Assembly (NCBI RefSeq): GCF_036321535.1
Contig: NC_087447.1
Location: 44,580,001-44,644,000 of the forward strand
DNA length: 64,000 nt
Direction: 5' to 3'
Source: Camelus dromedarius
Taxonomy: Eukaryota
A program made the translations under genes and the position numbers. Positions 48,819 through 62,300 of the stretch are shown piece by piece (within the stretch, counting starts at the first letter, position 1; the number at the start of each line of letters is the position of its first letter). The notes under the pieces are model-generated. The model was not told the DNA's origin. It ran no database searches and worked only from the letters and a program-made list of their open reading frames with translations.

Positions 48819-50879
48819 CCTTTCATAAAAGCAGGCCCAGTGAGGTCAATTTGTGGGGGACTCTAGGAGGGTGGTCTGGGTGGAGAAATGCTCAGTCTAA
48901 TCATCCACCAAAACCCTATCAATTCAGGAGAGCTGGGGCTGGACTGAAGTCACAGGTTTCAGGAACAGTCTGAGAGCCCATTGTCCTCCCCCAGCCCCAG
49001 GAGGAACCATATCTTTTATTTGCCCTTCAGGCTAACACCAAGATAGCAATGGATCTTAAAACACAGGGCCCAGAGAGGGTTGGGCCCACTGACCTCTATC
49101 ATCCATTCATTCATACAGCAAATATTTACTGAGTGCTTTTATTTGCCAGACACTGCGCAAGACCCAAGGGAAACATCGGGGAATAAAACACGGTCCCTGC
49201 CCACAGTGCTTATGGCCTAGTGGGGGATAGAGGCAAGTAACCAGGCAACTACAATACAGTGATAAATACTAGGATACAGAAATACAGAGAGCTATGGGAG
49301 CACAGAGGAGGGGCATCTGGCCTAGACTGGGGTGGATAGGGGGATGTCAGCTTGAAAGCTGAGACCCAAAGGGTGGGTAGATGACAGCCAGGCAAAGAGG
49401 CTAACATATGTGAAGGCCCTGGGTAGGAATTGGGAGTAATTCAGTTTCAAATGAAAAATAAGGGGAAGTGGCTAGAGGATGACTACAGATGTAAGGTAGA
49501 TCACACTGGGCCTTTTCAGGCTGCTTAAGGACTTTTGCCCTTTCGACAAAGGCGCAGTGAAACCTTATCACCAGAAGTGTGATGACCTAGGAGAAGTTTA
49601 GGATTAAGGTAAGAAGTCCTTGTGAGGCTTAAAATAGTGTTATACAGACCCAGGTCCTCATGCTGGGTAGTCTAGTAGCTCTGGCCCCAAATCCCAAAGC
49701 AATCATGAACCCTGCCTGAGGCTCATTCACAAGCACCAGAACACCTGGGCTGGGCACTGGACCACAGTGGATGAGCGGTCAAGGCAAACCCCTGCTGCAC
49801 CCTGATGTTGAGCCCAATTCTGAACCTTGTGTGAGGCAAGAAAGCTCCCCTGATAGCGCTTTGATCTAGTCTGAGCCCAGGTACCATCACCCCTATGTTC
49901 CTTGGCCAAGGCGTGCTGTAGAACTTTTCAGTTTTCTCCCCTACCTCTGTGGGGATCTGGAGGAAAGGGAAATCCAGTAAGTAGCTTCTCATAGCCCTGA
50001 GATCCACGCAGTCTGATTATGCTCTTTTGTCACACATACTGCAGCTCCCAGGCAGGCCTCCTGGGCTTTGGTCAGCCTTCAGTCACCTGACTGGAGCTTG
50101 ATTATTGGGTAGGGTGGTCCACATACAAGCCCCTCATCTTATGGGCCACTGGGTCGGGGTGGGGGAGGTTTCAGCATGAAAGGTACCGAGTCTCCAGGTG
50201 ACTGGAGGCAGGAGCTACAAGCAGAGCTCAACCCTGGTTCCAGCACTTTCTAGCTGAGTGATCAGGGTTAATGTCTGGGGTGCCAAGGGCTCTCAGTTCT
50301 TTCCGTTGCAAAACACGGCTAATAAAAGAAACTACCTATTAAGATTATGAGTATTAAAGAAGATAATATATGTAAAGTGATTCGTTTTGTGTCTGGCACA
50401 TAATAAGCACTCAGTCCCTGTTAACTGTTATTGTACTTTTTATTATTTTCCACCGGGGCTGCTTTTCCACAATGCAATGATTCTGAGAATTGCTCTGGTC
50501 TTTGAAGTGTGGAAGGGAGTCGCTGGATGGTCTGAACCATAATTTCCTCGCGAGGGGGCTCCTTAGGGAGAGCCAGGCACCTCGAGCCAAGGCAAGCCCC
50601 CCCAACCTTTCTACCCTGTCAGCCCCTTCTCCCAGAGCTCTGGGTACTGCCTTTCCATCTTGGGACCCTTCCGCCGCCCAGAGAGCCGTGACGAGGCGCA
50701 GACGATCCCTGTCTGCCACCGCTCAGGAGAGACCACATTAGCATATTCCTTAGGAGTCCCCTCAAGAAAGCCTGGAAAGGCACCTCCGGGAGACAGCCGG
50801 GACCCGCTCCCAGAGTCCGAAATCCCTGCTACCCAGGGATTTTCTTGACCAAGCCTCAGCCCTGATACCTACTACGCTG

Positions 50880-51700
50880 CCCTTCCCTGGAGCCGTTGGG
50901 AGCCAGAGGCAGTGGGCAGGGGTCGGGGATCGAGGATCCGGGATCCAGGATCCTGCTCACGGGTCTCCCCAGCGCGACCGCAGAGGCAGCTCCCGCAGGA
51001 GCCTCGGGGGACTGGGGGAGCGGGGCGGGTTGAGGGTAGGAGCGGGCGGGGCCTCCGCGGCGGCGGGCGGGGCGTGGGTGGGTCTTCGGTCTCCGAGCCG
51101 CCCCCTCCCGAGGCTGGTCCGCAGCCCCGCCCCGGCCCCTCCCTCCGGCCTGTGCGGCGGGTCCGGCGGCGGCGCCGGCGCGGGGACAGGCGGAGGCGCG
51201 GGACGTGGGGCGGCGCCGCGGGCAGGGCTGGGCGGACGGGCGCTGGCAGCAGGGGCAACGCCGCGGGCCCCTCGGAGTGGCCGCAGTCAGGGCCTTGGCC
51301 CTCCATCCTGCCTCGCCGCGGTGAGTGCGACGGGCGGCCCCCAGGGGTGCGTTTGTATCCCTGTCTGCCTCGGTCTCGGTCTGGGTCCGAGCAGCGGTGT
51401 GTCTGTCCGAGTGTCTGTGGGTGGGGGCACAGATGCTTTTCAAGAGCTGTGCCTGTCTCTGTCCACGTGAGGCGTGTCCCTGTCCGTGAGAGCAGTGGGG
51501 GGATTCTTCGGGCTGTGGCTGCTCACGTGAGGTCCATGTTTGAGGGGGGAGGCGCGGGTGGATGGGTGACGGTTCCTTGGAGGAGCGCGGGGTTTGGGAG
51601 CTTGTGTTTGTTGGAGGAGGGTGTCGAACGCTGCGGCCGAGGATGGTGGGGGGTGGGGGCGCGGGTGGGGTCGCTGAGTGAGACTCTGGAATCTTGTGGC
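50880..51700 (+). promoter_or_regulatory. TRIM3: CpG island: TRIM3 promoter and non-coding exon 1 (donor at 51321)
   Basis: Very high GC/CpG, several GGGCGG boxes, GCG|gtgagt donor. Confidence 0.8.
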
Positions 51701-53610
51701 CCAGCTTGTCTGAAGGGTTCCTTTCTCCCTGGTGCAGACACTTTCACCCCTTGCTACCCACTCCATTCTCCTCAGGCATCTAGAGGCCCGCCGGCTGGGA
51801 TAGAGGACACCTTTTCCTCCTCTAGCACTGCCCCCTGGACAGGAAGCCTCATCCGGAGGCTGTTTCTTGTAGGAAAGGACCCTTCTGTTTCCCCTGCAGC
51901 CTGGGCCCCGCCTGGAGGACCCCGGGCTCCTCCCTGGTTCTGGCCTCCTCCCTTCTGGACTTGGCTTCAGATCATGGGCTGCAAACCTGCAGGGACAGAT
52001 GGTTGCAGGCTGGAGGGGCAGGCTGCACCCCAGGGAAGTCAATCCACTGAAGTCGGGCCCTGGGCTTGTTCCTGGTGTGGGGGTCTCTAATGTGGAATTC
52101 ATAAAGCCAGGACTGGCCCCAGTGAGGATGAGAGCTGGGAGGTTGGAGCAGGTGCAGAGGTCTTTTTCACAGGTTTCTCCCTACCTGCCTGTCCAGCTCA
52201 TCAGTGCCCATTCATCCCCTAAGCAGCGCTCTGGTTTGCTGCAGAATTGTAATCAGCTGCAGGCCTGACAGGTGCCCTGCCTCTTTTGGCTTGCATGCCT
52301 CCAGTGACAGAGCACTTACTACCTTCTGCTATGGGAGAGCTTCTTTAAGTAAAGGTTTTGTTCCTTGGAACTTTGTTCACTTGTCTTGTTATTGCCTTTG
52401 CTTTTGCCTCTCTGTATGGTGAGAGGGAACTGCAGTGATTTAAACATGGCTCTGCTGTCACCAATATATACGGAGCACCCTCTGTGTGCCAGGTGCTGCC
52501 TCAGCCACTTAGGGCACAATGACATTCTTGCTGAGAGAAGAGCTTGAGCAAAGGCCCATGGTTGGTATAGTACAGCCTGTGTTCAGAAAAACAGCAAAAC
52601 CATATGGCTAGGGTGGAGGGTGCCCCGAGGGAGTGTCATGGGTGCCCTAAACTCAGCAAATATTTATTTCAGAAGGGAAGTGGGGGCAAGTACAACCACT
52701 CTCTAGCACACCTAGCCTTCCTGGGGAAACCAGTAATCACATACTCAAGGTGGTACTGGATTGGATGTAATCAGGGGCACATATTACAATCTGTAGGGAC
52801 CTTTGGCTGGAAAGAGAACCTTGGGAATCTCAGATCTGGGGAAGAAAAAGACACCCTCCCCCCAATTTACAAGTAAAGGATTGGAGTAGGAACTTGTCCA
52901 GAGTCTTACCTTGCATTAGTGAAATTAGAGTCAGGACTAGCTCCTAGATCTCCAGACCTTTTAACTTAGACACATTTTAGGGGCAGAATCAAGGATATAG
53001 TCATAGCTTATACCTGAAAGATGAAAGAAGGAGGAATTGAGAAGACTCCCAGGATTCTGGCTGGTGTAGGCTAGGTGGATGGTGGTGCCTTTTACTGAGA
53101 TGAGAGATGCAACAGGAAGACGAGGTTAGGGGGAAGTGAATTCAGTTTTAGACTAGTCTGTGTGCATAATCCATGTACGGATATCTAAGGTACAGTTGGA
53201 TATATAGGGGTTCAAGAAAGTTTTCTGCACAGGAGATAAGGCTTTGGGAGTCATTAGCAAGTGCATGGTAACTGAAACCATGGGAGATGGTGAGATTTCC
53301 CAGGCAGAGTATAAAAGTTGAGGGGAGAAGAGGCCCTGGAACAAAGCCCTGAGGAACTAGACATATAAGGAATGGACAGTGAAGGAACAGCCGGAGAGGC
53401 GAATGGAGAACTCACATCGAGTGGGTCGTGATAGCATCAAGTACAGCCTCTGCCCTTTTGAGTCTTGCTCCTTGCCCAGCTGGTCCGTGTTTCTTACTTT
53501 TTCATGCTTCTGTTCCTTTACTCACTGTTTTCCCGATCAAACTCCTATCAAACTCCTATGTTTCCCCCAAGAGCCAGCTCATATATTCATATATCCCTTC
53601 CTCTGAAAGC

Positions 53611-53720
53611 CTTCTTCTTCTTCTTCTTCTCCTTCTTTTTTTTTTTTTTTAATGGAGGTACTGGGGATTGAACCTAGGACCTCCTGCATGCTAAGCATGT
53701 GCTCTGCCACTGAGCACACC
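53611..53720 (-). mobile_element. tRNA-derived SINE (vic-1-like) with a (TTC)n/poly-T tail on the + strand
   Basis: Reverse complement GCTCAGTGGCAGAGCACATGCTTAGCATGCAGGAGGTCCTAGGTTCAATCCCCAGTACCTCCATTAAAA. Confidence 0.85.
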
Positions 53721-54429
53721 TTCTTTATTCTCCTCCACCACCTTCAGAGTTAGGTACTTCCTCCTCTTTGCTGCCAGAGGTTGATATCATGACATTTATG
53801 ACGTTGCAGTTAGATATTTCCATGTCTGTTTCCCACACTGATCTGAGAACTTGTGAAGGACAGGGAGTGTGTCTGTTTCAACTTGTGTCTCCAGTAACCA
53901 CTTTAAGGGCCTTGTCCAGAGTGCCCAGGGAAGTTTGATTGTTTGATAGGTTGATCAGCTGATTAAATGTTTCATTCACCTACTCAGTCTGGCAGTAGGG
54001 GCCAGGGGGTGATGGTACTGCAGATTTCATCACTTTCCTTCCCTGCCAATCTTACTGAAAGGATTCCTTGGCTTTGAGGACTTTACCTCCTCCAAGGCTT
54101 CATCTGTTTCAGAGAAACCCCAAGACTATAACCTGCAGTCATTTGTCATTTTGCTGAGGTCTCAAACAATCAAATGCATTGGGAGGCTAGTGAACAGGAG
54201 TGAGTCATTTTCAGAAGCAAGTGAACCTAACTGGCCTCTTGCATCCACTTTTTAACAATGTCTTGGTCACCTAGCTCTACAACTGTGTAAATCATGTGTC
54301 CTGGGACTCTCATGAGGTGGCAGGAGAAAGTCATGGAGGATATTAGGTGCTGTTTGAAAATTTGGGGAAACTGAAAAGCCTTGAAACACATCCTTTGCAG
54401 ATGTCAAAGAGCCAGTGGAATCAGTGCAG

Positions 54430-57400
54430 GCTGTCCTCATTTGTTCATCAACTTCCTCTTCAGCCCCCTAGATCTGGCTTCCTCTCCTCCAGCCCTTGGA
54501 AACCACACTCCCTTAAGTTAATAACAGCTTCTTTGGAGATTTAGAGCATGGAAACTCTGCATAATTTCACAATGAAGATTGTTCTCTTATCTATGAAGCT
54601 CTCTTCTCCTTTGGCTTTTATGGTATCTCTCTTCTGATTCTCCTGCCTCTCTGGCCACACCTTTTCAGTTTCTTCGCAGGCTTTGCTTCCTAGGCCTGTC
54701 TCTTAAATGTTGAGGTTCCTGTAAACAGTCAGAGGCTCTCCTTTCTTACTGTATACCCTTTCTGGGTGATGTCATCCACATCCATGGCTTCAGGCACCAC
54801 CTCTACACCAACAGCTCCTAAATCCATGTCTCCAGGCTAGACCTCTTTCCTTGGCTCCAGCCTATCTTTCCAACTGCCAGTTGGACCTCTCCACTCCAAT
54901 GTCCCATAGACACTTTGGATTCCCCTTACTAAACACTGAACATATCCCCCTGCCCATCTTTCAGAATTTTCAAGCCAAAAAACTAGGAATCATCTGTCAT
55001 TCTTTCTTCTTCCCTGCTCTTCACTTCTGACCAACCAGTCACCAAGTTCTGTTGATTCCTCCCTATGAAATCTGCTTCTCTCCTTTGCTACTCCCCTAAT
55101 GAAGTCTGCACCATCTCTCCTCTCAAATATCATGGCAGTCTCTTAACTCTCTAATGGTGACCCCTCTCAGCTATTCTCCACACTGCAGTCAAAAGTTTAT
55201 TCTTGTCTGTCTATCACTCTATTCTTTAACCCTCTCCCTCTCTCCCCCCACATCGAGGTTTCCTTTGCTCTTTGGGTAAACCCTTAATCCCCTAGCAGGG
55301 AGGGGCAAGGTCCTAAACTCCTTAAAAAGGCCCACAAAGTGTTGTGCAAGCTAGCTCCCGCCCACTGCTCCGTCTCCTTTCTTAGCCCTCCCCTGTTGCA
55401 GGGTTTGATTCAGCCTCCTGATGCAGAAGGCACCGTGCTGTCTGGAACTCTTACCCATCCTGGAGCTCTCGGCTTGAATGGCCTTTCCTCTGGAGAGCTC
55501 CCTTGACCTCCCACCTCCAGTACCCTCTTCCCCCACCCCAGATCTCGGTTAGGTGACTCTGTGCTCCTGGAGCAATCTCTGTTTCCCCATCAGAGGTCTC
55601 ACCGTGTGGCACTGCTGTAATCTACTTGTTAGCTTGTGGAATCCATGAAGGCTGAACTGCAATTATTTGTCTTTGTATCCCCAGGCCCAGCAAAGGTGTT
55701 GAATGAATGCTGAATGAGGAAATGAGGTGTCTTTAGACCTTCATTTAAAAGATGGATGGGATAAGGGATGCAGGGGTGCCAGTGGGCAGCCTGAGGAAGG
55801 ACAGTGAAATCTCAGCTCTGAGTTGAAGATCTTCCAAGTGTCTGCTGTGATAAACAGTCCAGTTAAACCAAGGCCTATAGGACCTCTAAGGAACAGTGGG
55901 ATGGGAGAAGTGGGAGTCAAAGCCCAGGAGAGGAAGGGAATCTTAGTAAGTTAGGCCGGGGTATGACCTCAGCGGCTACATGCCCAGCACGTCTGGGTGG
56001 GGAACTGAAGCAGGAAGGGGAAGGGAGGGAGGAGCTGTCCCTGCTTGGATGTAGCCCAATCCCCGCCCCTGGGTAACAGGCTGGGAGAGCCCCTTGGGCT
56101 TGGAGAGAGGCGGAGCCTGCCATCCAGCTGCCCCAGCAGGGCCCAGTAGACCACTCCTACTCTTCCTCCCAGCCCTCCCCTTCACCAAACAGAAGCTTCA
56201 GCTTGCCTCTGGCCTTCTGTTCCTTTCACCAACCCTCAATCTGTCCTCCTGCTGTGTTGCTGTCCTCCTATGAAGTCTCCAGACTCAGAACCCATCACAT
56301 CTGGAGAAAGAACCTCAGAATCTCAGTGCCCACATCATGAAAGGATGTGCCCAGAGATGCCCTTCCTACCCTACCCATGTCCACCCTCACATAAACATTA
56401 AGGCACATGCAGCCCAGCCCCTCTCCCGCCCCACCCCAAACCTGGAGAGGACTCTGGGCTGGCCCCACTGTGTCCATTCATTCATTCATCCTTCATTCAT
56501 GCATTGTCTTTAGAGAGGCCCATGGTGTGTCTAGCTGGGTACAGATAGTGCTGACCTGCTCCCACTGACTGCCTGTTTTGAAGTAATCTGACTGTCTTTC
56601 TGCCTCCCTTCATGGCCAGATTTCTCTCCTGAATTGTCTGTATCTGCTGTGTTAATTTCTTCATCTCCATTCATCCTTCCATCACTCTAACCTGGCTTCT
56701 GTCCCTCCCACTCCACTACAGCCAAATCTGGGGGACACTCTCCAGTCTTCACCTTAATTCACTGCTCCTTCTTTCTTGAATCACTCTCTTCCCCTGGTTC
56801 CCTTGATCCCACGCTCTCAGTCTCCCTCTCATCCCTCTGGGTTCTCCTTCACTCTTCACTCTCTGGCCTTCAGCCGTCTCATCCATCCTCATTGCCTTCA
56901 GTGTCATTATTATGCCAGTGCTTCCGAATCAATAACCAGCCCAGACCTGTCTCTTGAGCTCCTGTATTCTGTTCCTTACTTGACATCTCTACCTGGGTAT
57001 CACACAGGCACCTCAGACATAGCATGGCTAAAATGGAATGGCCCAAAGCAGCTGCTCAGCTTCCACTGTCTCTGGGTACAGCCCACCACCTGCTCAAGGG
57101 GGAAACCTGGGAGTCCTTACTGCCGTTCCTTTCCCCTCTCACATCCAGTCCATCGTGATGTCCTTTTGACTCAGCCTCATGAGTATTTCTCAAATCAGTC
57201 TACCGTTTTGCTTTTGGCTCTGCCAATACCCAACATCATCCTACCTGAAGAACTGGGGTAGCCTCCCCAGTGGCCTCCCTGCTTCATCCCTAACTCCTCT
57301 TCAATCCTCATAGTTGCCGGAGTAGCTTTTTATTTTTATTTTTTGTGAATTGTATCATTTCCCTCCCAATTGGGTATAAAACCCAGATTCTTAACATCAA

Positions 57401-58650
57401 GATCCTTTGTGATCTCATTCCACCCTGCCTGTCCAAACTCCCCTCTGGCCTTTTATTCCCTTCGCTCTAACCATATGGTCCTTACAGGTTCTCAGTGAGC
57501 CTTCTGCCTAAGAACCTTCCTTCATCCTCTTCCTTCAGCCAGCAATGATTTCCCTCCCTCACTCCCTGATGCCCCCACTCTCATCCCTACCATTTTCCTT
57601 CTGTTCCTCAAAGTGCTGCCTAAAAGTTTCCTGCTTGGAAAGACCTTCCCCAATCACTCAATCAAAAAAGCATTCTTTCTCATAGCATCTTTTTCTTCTA
57701 TATAGCACTGTCCTCCCCCAATTTGTACGTAGGTATTTATTTGTTTATTTACTTTAAAAATTTCTGCCACCACCTCCCCACCACAAGAACAGTGACCATA
57801 TCTGTTGTTTCTAACTCTATCCCCAGTGCCTGTACAAAGCAGGCACTTAATAAGTACTTGTTGAATTACTGAATTTAATTCAATAACTATAAGCGAGTTC
57901 TTATGTCAGGCTCTGAGCTAAGTGCTAGGAATGAAAAAATAAAATATAATGCCCACCCTCAAGAACTCTGCATACAGTGGAGGAAGCAAAGAAATAATAA
58001 TAAGATTATAGTATAGTGTATAAGGGTTTGGTATGGAGGAAATACAGGGTGCAGAATGATACAGAGGTGGAGCACCTAAGCCAGATGTCAGGAAATCAAG
58101 GAAGGCCTTCTGGAGGAAGTGACATTTACCTGCAGACCTGAAAGATAAGTGGAAGTCAACCAGACAAAGTGGGAGGGAGGTCTGGAAGAGGATCTCAGGC
58201 AGAGGGAACAGAATGTGTGATGGCCCAGAAACAAAAGAGAACAAGGAGTTTTCCAGGAACTGACAAGAAACCAGTGTGACTGCTCACGGAATCATGAAAC
58301 ATGAGGTTTTAGAGGGAGGTATGGGCCAGACAAAGCTAAGCCTTGTTGACCAATTTAAGGAGTTTGGACTTTGTCCTCTGGACAATGGAGGACATTGAAA
58401 GAATTTAAATAGGGAGTTAGTGACAAGATGGAATCTGTGTTTTAGAAGCCTCATTCTCACCACGAGAGGGATGGCACAGGCGAGGAGACAAGGGCACCAG
58501 TTAGGAGGCTGTTGCTGTGTCGCTGGAGGGAGTTGGTGACAACTTGAACTGGGAGTGATATCTGTGCGGTTGGAGAAAAGGGGATAAGATATTTGGGAGG
58601 CAGAACCCACAAGTCCTGGATGCTGAATGGGTGTGGAAAAGAAGGGGACC
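54430..58650. repeat. Cluster of decayed L2 and MIR fragments in TRIM3 intron 1, both orientations
   Basis: Alternating pyrimidine-rich and purine-rich L2-like tracts ending in TGTTGAAT/CATTCATTC motifs. Individual boundaries not resolved. Confidence 0.45.
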
Positions 58651-59192
58651 CCAGGCAGTGTGCTGTGAGGTGGGTAAGAGCACGGGCAGAAGGGCTGCGG
58701 GTAGTCAGAGGAGACACACTCCGTCAGGAAGGTCTCCTGCCGGGGTCTGAGGGGATGGCGAGGAGGCGAAGGGTGGGTGTGCCAGTGAAAGTGGGCACCC
58801 CGGTGCCGTGCGCTCGACACGCACTGTTGCAGGTTCTCAAAACAACCATCTGAGGTGAGGATTACTTTTCCCATAACTGCAGATTAGGAGATTGAGGCTC
58901 AGAGAAGGTATATGAATTATCCAAGGTCCCACAGCTGGGAAGAGGCTGAGCTAGGTTTGAAATCCAATCTAACCCTGTGCTTTTATCCAGAGCTGTATCC
59001 TTGGAGTGGGAGTGGGGCACTCAGCCCACCTGCCTCACCCTGCTCCTTCCCTGGCGGGAGAAACGAGGCTAGCGCTCTGCCGGGGTTTTGAGTGGTGGGG
59101 ATCAGGTGGAGAGAGGGAGCACTGGCTTCCCTGGAGCTGACCATCTCTCCATACACAGGCCAGTGTGAATGGCAGGAGCATCCGTGGGCACC

Positions 59193-59323
59193 ATGGCGAA
59201 GAGGGAGGACAGCCCTGGTCCAGAGGTCCAGCCGATGGACAAGCAGTTCCTGGTGTGCAGCATCTGCCTGGATCGATACCGGTGCCCCAAGGTCCTGCCT
59301 TGCCTGCACACCTTCTGTGAGAG
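59193..59323 (+). CDS. TRIM3: TRIM3 first coding exon (N-terminal RING finger); exon begins at 59159, gene continues beyond the window
   Basis: cacag|GC acceptor; caccATGG Kozak; [46 protein letters not shown]|gtgagg donor. Confidence 0.96.
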
Positions 59324-62300
59324 GTGAGGGCGTGTGTACCAGGTAGGGATGAGGGCCTTGCAGGCCCCCTGGAGAAGGGAGTGATGTGTGTAAACCTGTA
59401 AGAGGTGAGGGAACTGTGTGCACACGTGGAAGGGAGCAGATGAACCCCAACCTGCAGAAGGCGAGTTTTTGATGCAAGAGCCTGTGAGAGGACCAGAGGT
59501 TCCTAACACTGGGCCGTGCTCCCTGCCCAGAACAGGGCCATCTCTGCCTCTTCCCCATCCACAAGGCAGCCTTCAACCCCACCAGAGAAATCAGACAGAG
59601 CTGAGACCCTCAACCAGCTTTGGCACCAGAAGTCTGGGACCAGTAGGAGGATGTTCGAAGCTAGGTCTGTCCCCCAGGCTTCATTGTCATCCTGAGCACT
59701 GAGTGAAAGGCAAGAAGCCTCTGGGCTTCTATCTGTTATTCACTCATTCAACAAATATTTATTTATCAAGCAACTATGATGTGTCAGACCTGTCCCAGGT
59801 ACTGGGCAGGCAGTGGTAAGCAAAACTAGATATGATCCTTGCTCTTAAAGAACTTACAGTAGAGTGAAGCAGAAAGATAGTCATCAAATCGTCATACAGC
59901 CAGACTACAGATAACTGTCCTATTGCACCCTTAATGAGTGCTGCAGAGAAAGTGATAAGCAGTGAGAGCTTAGGTGGGATCTGTTATAGGTTAGAGAACT
60001 GGGAAGGCTTCCCTGAGGTGCGATCCAGAGGCTGGCTGGGGGTTAACTAAATGAAGGGAGTAGTAGGAGCCTTCCAGGCAGAAGGCAGAACATAGGGAAG
60101 GGCCATGTGGTGTGAGGGACTGTGTTGGTCAGCGGTCCTGGAGGGAGCCCGACGAGGCTGGAGGGGAGCAAGCGTGGTGGAGTGTGGTGTGGGATGGAGC
60201 TGGAGAGCTGGGTGGAGGAGGCCAGACTGCGAGGGGCTTTGCAGACCTGTCGGGGCATTTGGCTCTTCCCCTGAGAGCCATGTGAAGCCTTTGCAGGGTT
60301 TTATGCATAATCACTTCTGTATTTTGACAGTATTCTCTCTCCAGCCCTCATCCCTCATTGCTGTCTAGAGGGTCCTGGTCCCTGGGTCTCTTCACTATCG
60401 CCTCCTCCCACGCCCTCCTCCCTTCACAGAGTGGGCTCGGCTGCCCTTCCAGCCCTGCTCTCTCAGATTCCAGCCATACTTTTCTCTCCTCTTCATCTGG
60501 AAACAGTCTCAGCCTTCCTTCCTATTCCAAGTTCTTTCATCAGCCTGGTGACTTCACTACCCACTTATGCCTCTCAGTTCTTGACTGTTTCTCCAGGGAC
60601 GTCCTCTGTGCCACCTGTCAGACTCTCTACCAGTGACAGTGTGGATCTTGCCATCACCCAGAATAACACCACTTCTTCGATGGTTATAGACTCCAGTATC
60701 CCACTCCTGGCCCTCCTTGCCCCACTCTCACTACACCAGCTTTGGCTGGATGTAGACGTCCAGCACCCTCGACTGCTCCCTCTTCTCCCAGCCACCAGCT
60801 CCCTCCTGGCCTCCCTTTCTTTCCTACCCATCCCTGATCCTATGGCGGACCACAAGCCACCACAATTCCTGCACACCTTTGTCCTTTTCTAAACCCACGC
60901 AGCAGAAGCTTGATCCTGGATCAGAGCAGTAATTGGACGTCTCTGCACCTTTTCCTACACTCAGATCACTGAGCACTCCTGGAGAAAATCAGTGCCTGAG
61001 AAATTACAATGATAGCTACCATGTATTGATTGCTTACTATTTGCCAGGGACTGGCTAAGTGATTTACACGTATTGATTTACTTAATCCTCACAACAGATA
61101 CTTTATTATCCCCGTTTTAGAAAGGAGGAAATTAGGGTTCAGAGTCGTTAAGTAATTAAGAGATATTTCTAAGGCTCCATAGCAAGTAAATAGTCAAGGT
61201 TTGAATACGGGTTTGACTGCAGAGCCTTCTCTCTTAACTACTCATTCATTTATCCCTTGGTCCCTGCTCTCAAAGACTTATGCTCCAGTGGGCAGTGATG
61301 AACAGTAGGCAAGCTAATAACCAAGCAGGAGAGTCACAGCTTGGGCTAAGTGTTTTGCAGGAAATAAACGGAGTAAGTGGGGGTCGTTGGGCCAGGGGCT
61401 AGTCTACGTAGAGTCATCAGGGAAGGCTTCCCCAAGGAGGTGATGTTTGACCTGAGGATGAGAAGGAAACAGGTGTACAGATTGTTCTAGGCAATGGGAA
61501 CATCTTTGAACTGTTCCATGCAAAGGCCTTGAAGAAGTAGTAGGCAGGGCATGTTCAGAGACCAGAAGAGAAGCCAGCGTGACTGGGTGGGGAGGAAAGT
61601 GGGATGACGTGAGGTCCAAAAGAGTCAGAACCATTCATGAGGGAGTTTGGGGATTTGAGGAAAAGTGTTTGGATTTTTTTTCCTAAATGCAGTGGGAAAC
61701 CACTGGAGCTTTTTTTTTTTTTTTAGCAAGGAAATAATGTGACACAAATTAGATTTTTTTAAAGCTCACTCTGGCTGCTGTGTGGAGAACAGATTACAGA
61801 GATGCAAGAGTGAAAACAGGAAATCAGTTAGGAAACCATCCTAAGCCAAGTATGCACAACATATAGGAAGGAGATCTTGTTGACTTGGAAGGTATTTCAC
61901 AGGGAAAACCCCAGGTTCAGCAAGCTGGGAAGAAAGCTACAGGGGAATGGAGTGGAATGGTTGAAGTGCAGATTTCAGAGCTGATGCAGTGATGGGTGAT
62001 GAGATATGGGTGGTGCTCACGGGGGCATGGGAGTGGACAGCTGAGGTGAAGTGAAGGAAGAGCTCACAGTGGGGTGAGGAGGCTGAGGTACTAAAATCTT
62101 GATAGTGGGGGGGGGGTCACCCTATAGATGTCAGAGCCACTGAGGATGATGGCAGGAGGGTGTGTTAGTGGAGGTATGGATAACGGAAGAGAGTGCACCA
62201 GAAGAAAGACTTCAGCAAGGGGAGAAGCAGCCACGAAGTCAGTGGAGACAATATCAAGGAGGGGTGTTGGAGGCAGAAGGCACGAGCTTCCAGAGCCGAA

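Noticed and set aside
49723..50007. 94-aa minus-strand ORF between ARFIP2 and TRIM3
   Set aside because: Non-ATG start, no recognisable homology, no supporting exon structure.
50912..52090. 392-aa ORF and overlapping 144-220-aa ORFs on both strands
   Set aside because: They lie in the TRIM3 CpG island where stops are rare; low-complexity G/R/P/A composition; the long one has no ATG start and runs through the exon-1 donor.
58284..59582. 196-aa and 199-aa minus-strand ORFs
   Set aside because: They overlap L2/MIR remnants and the antisense of the TRIM3 exon; no protein-like features.
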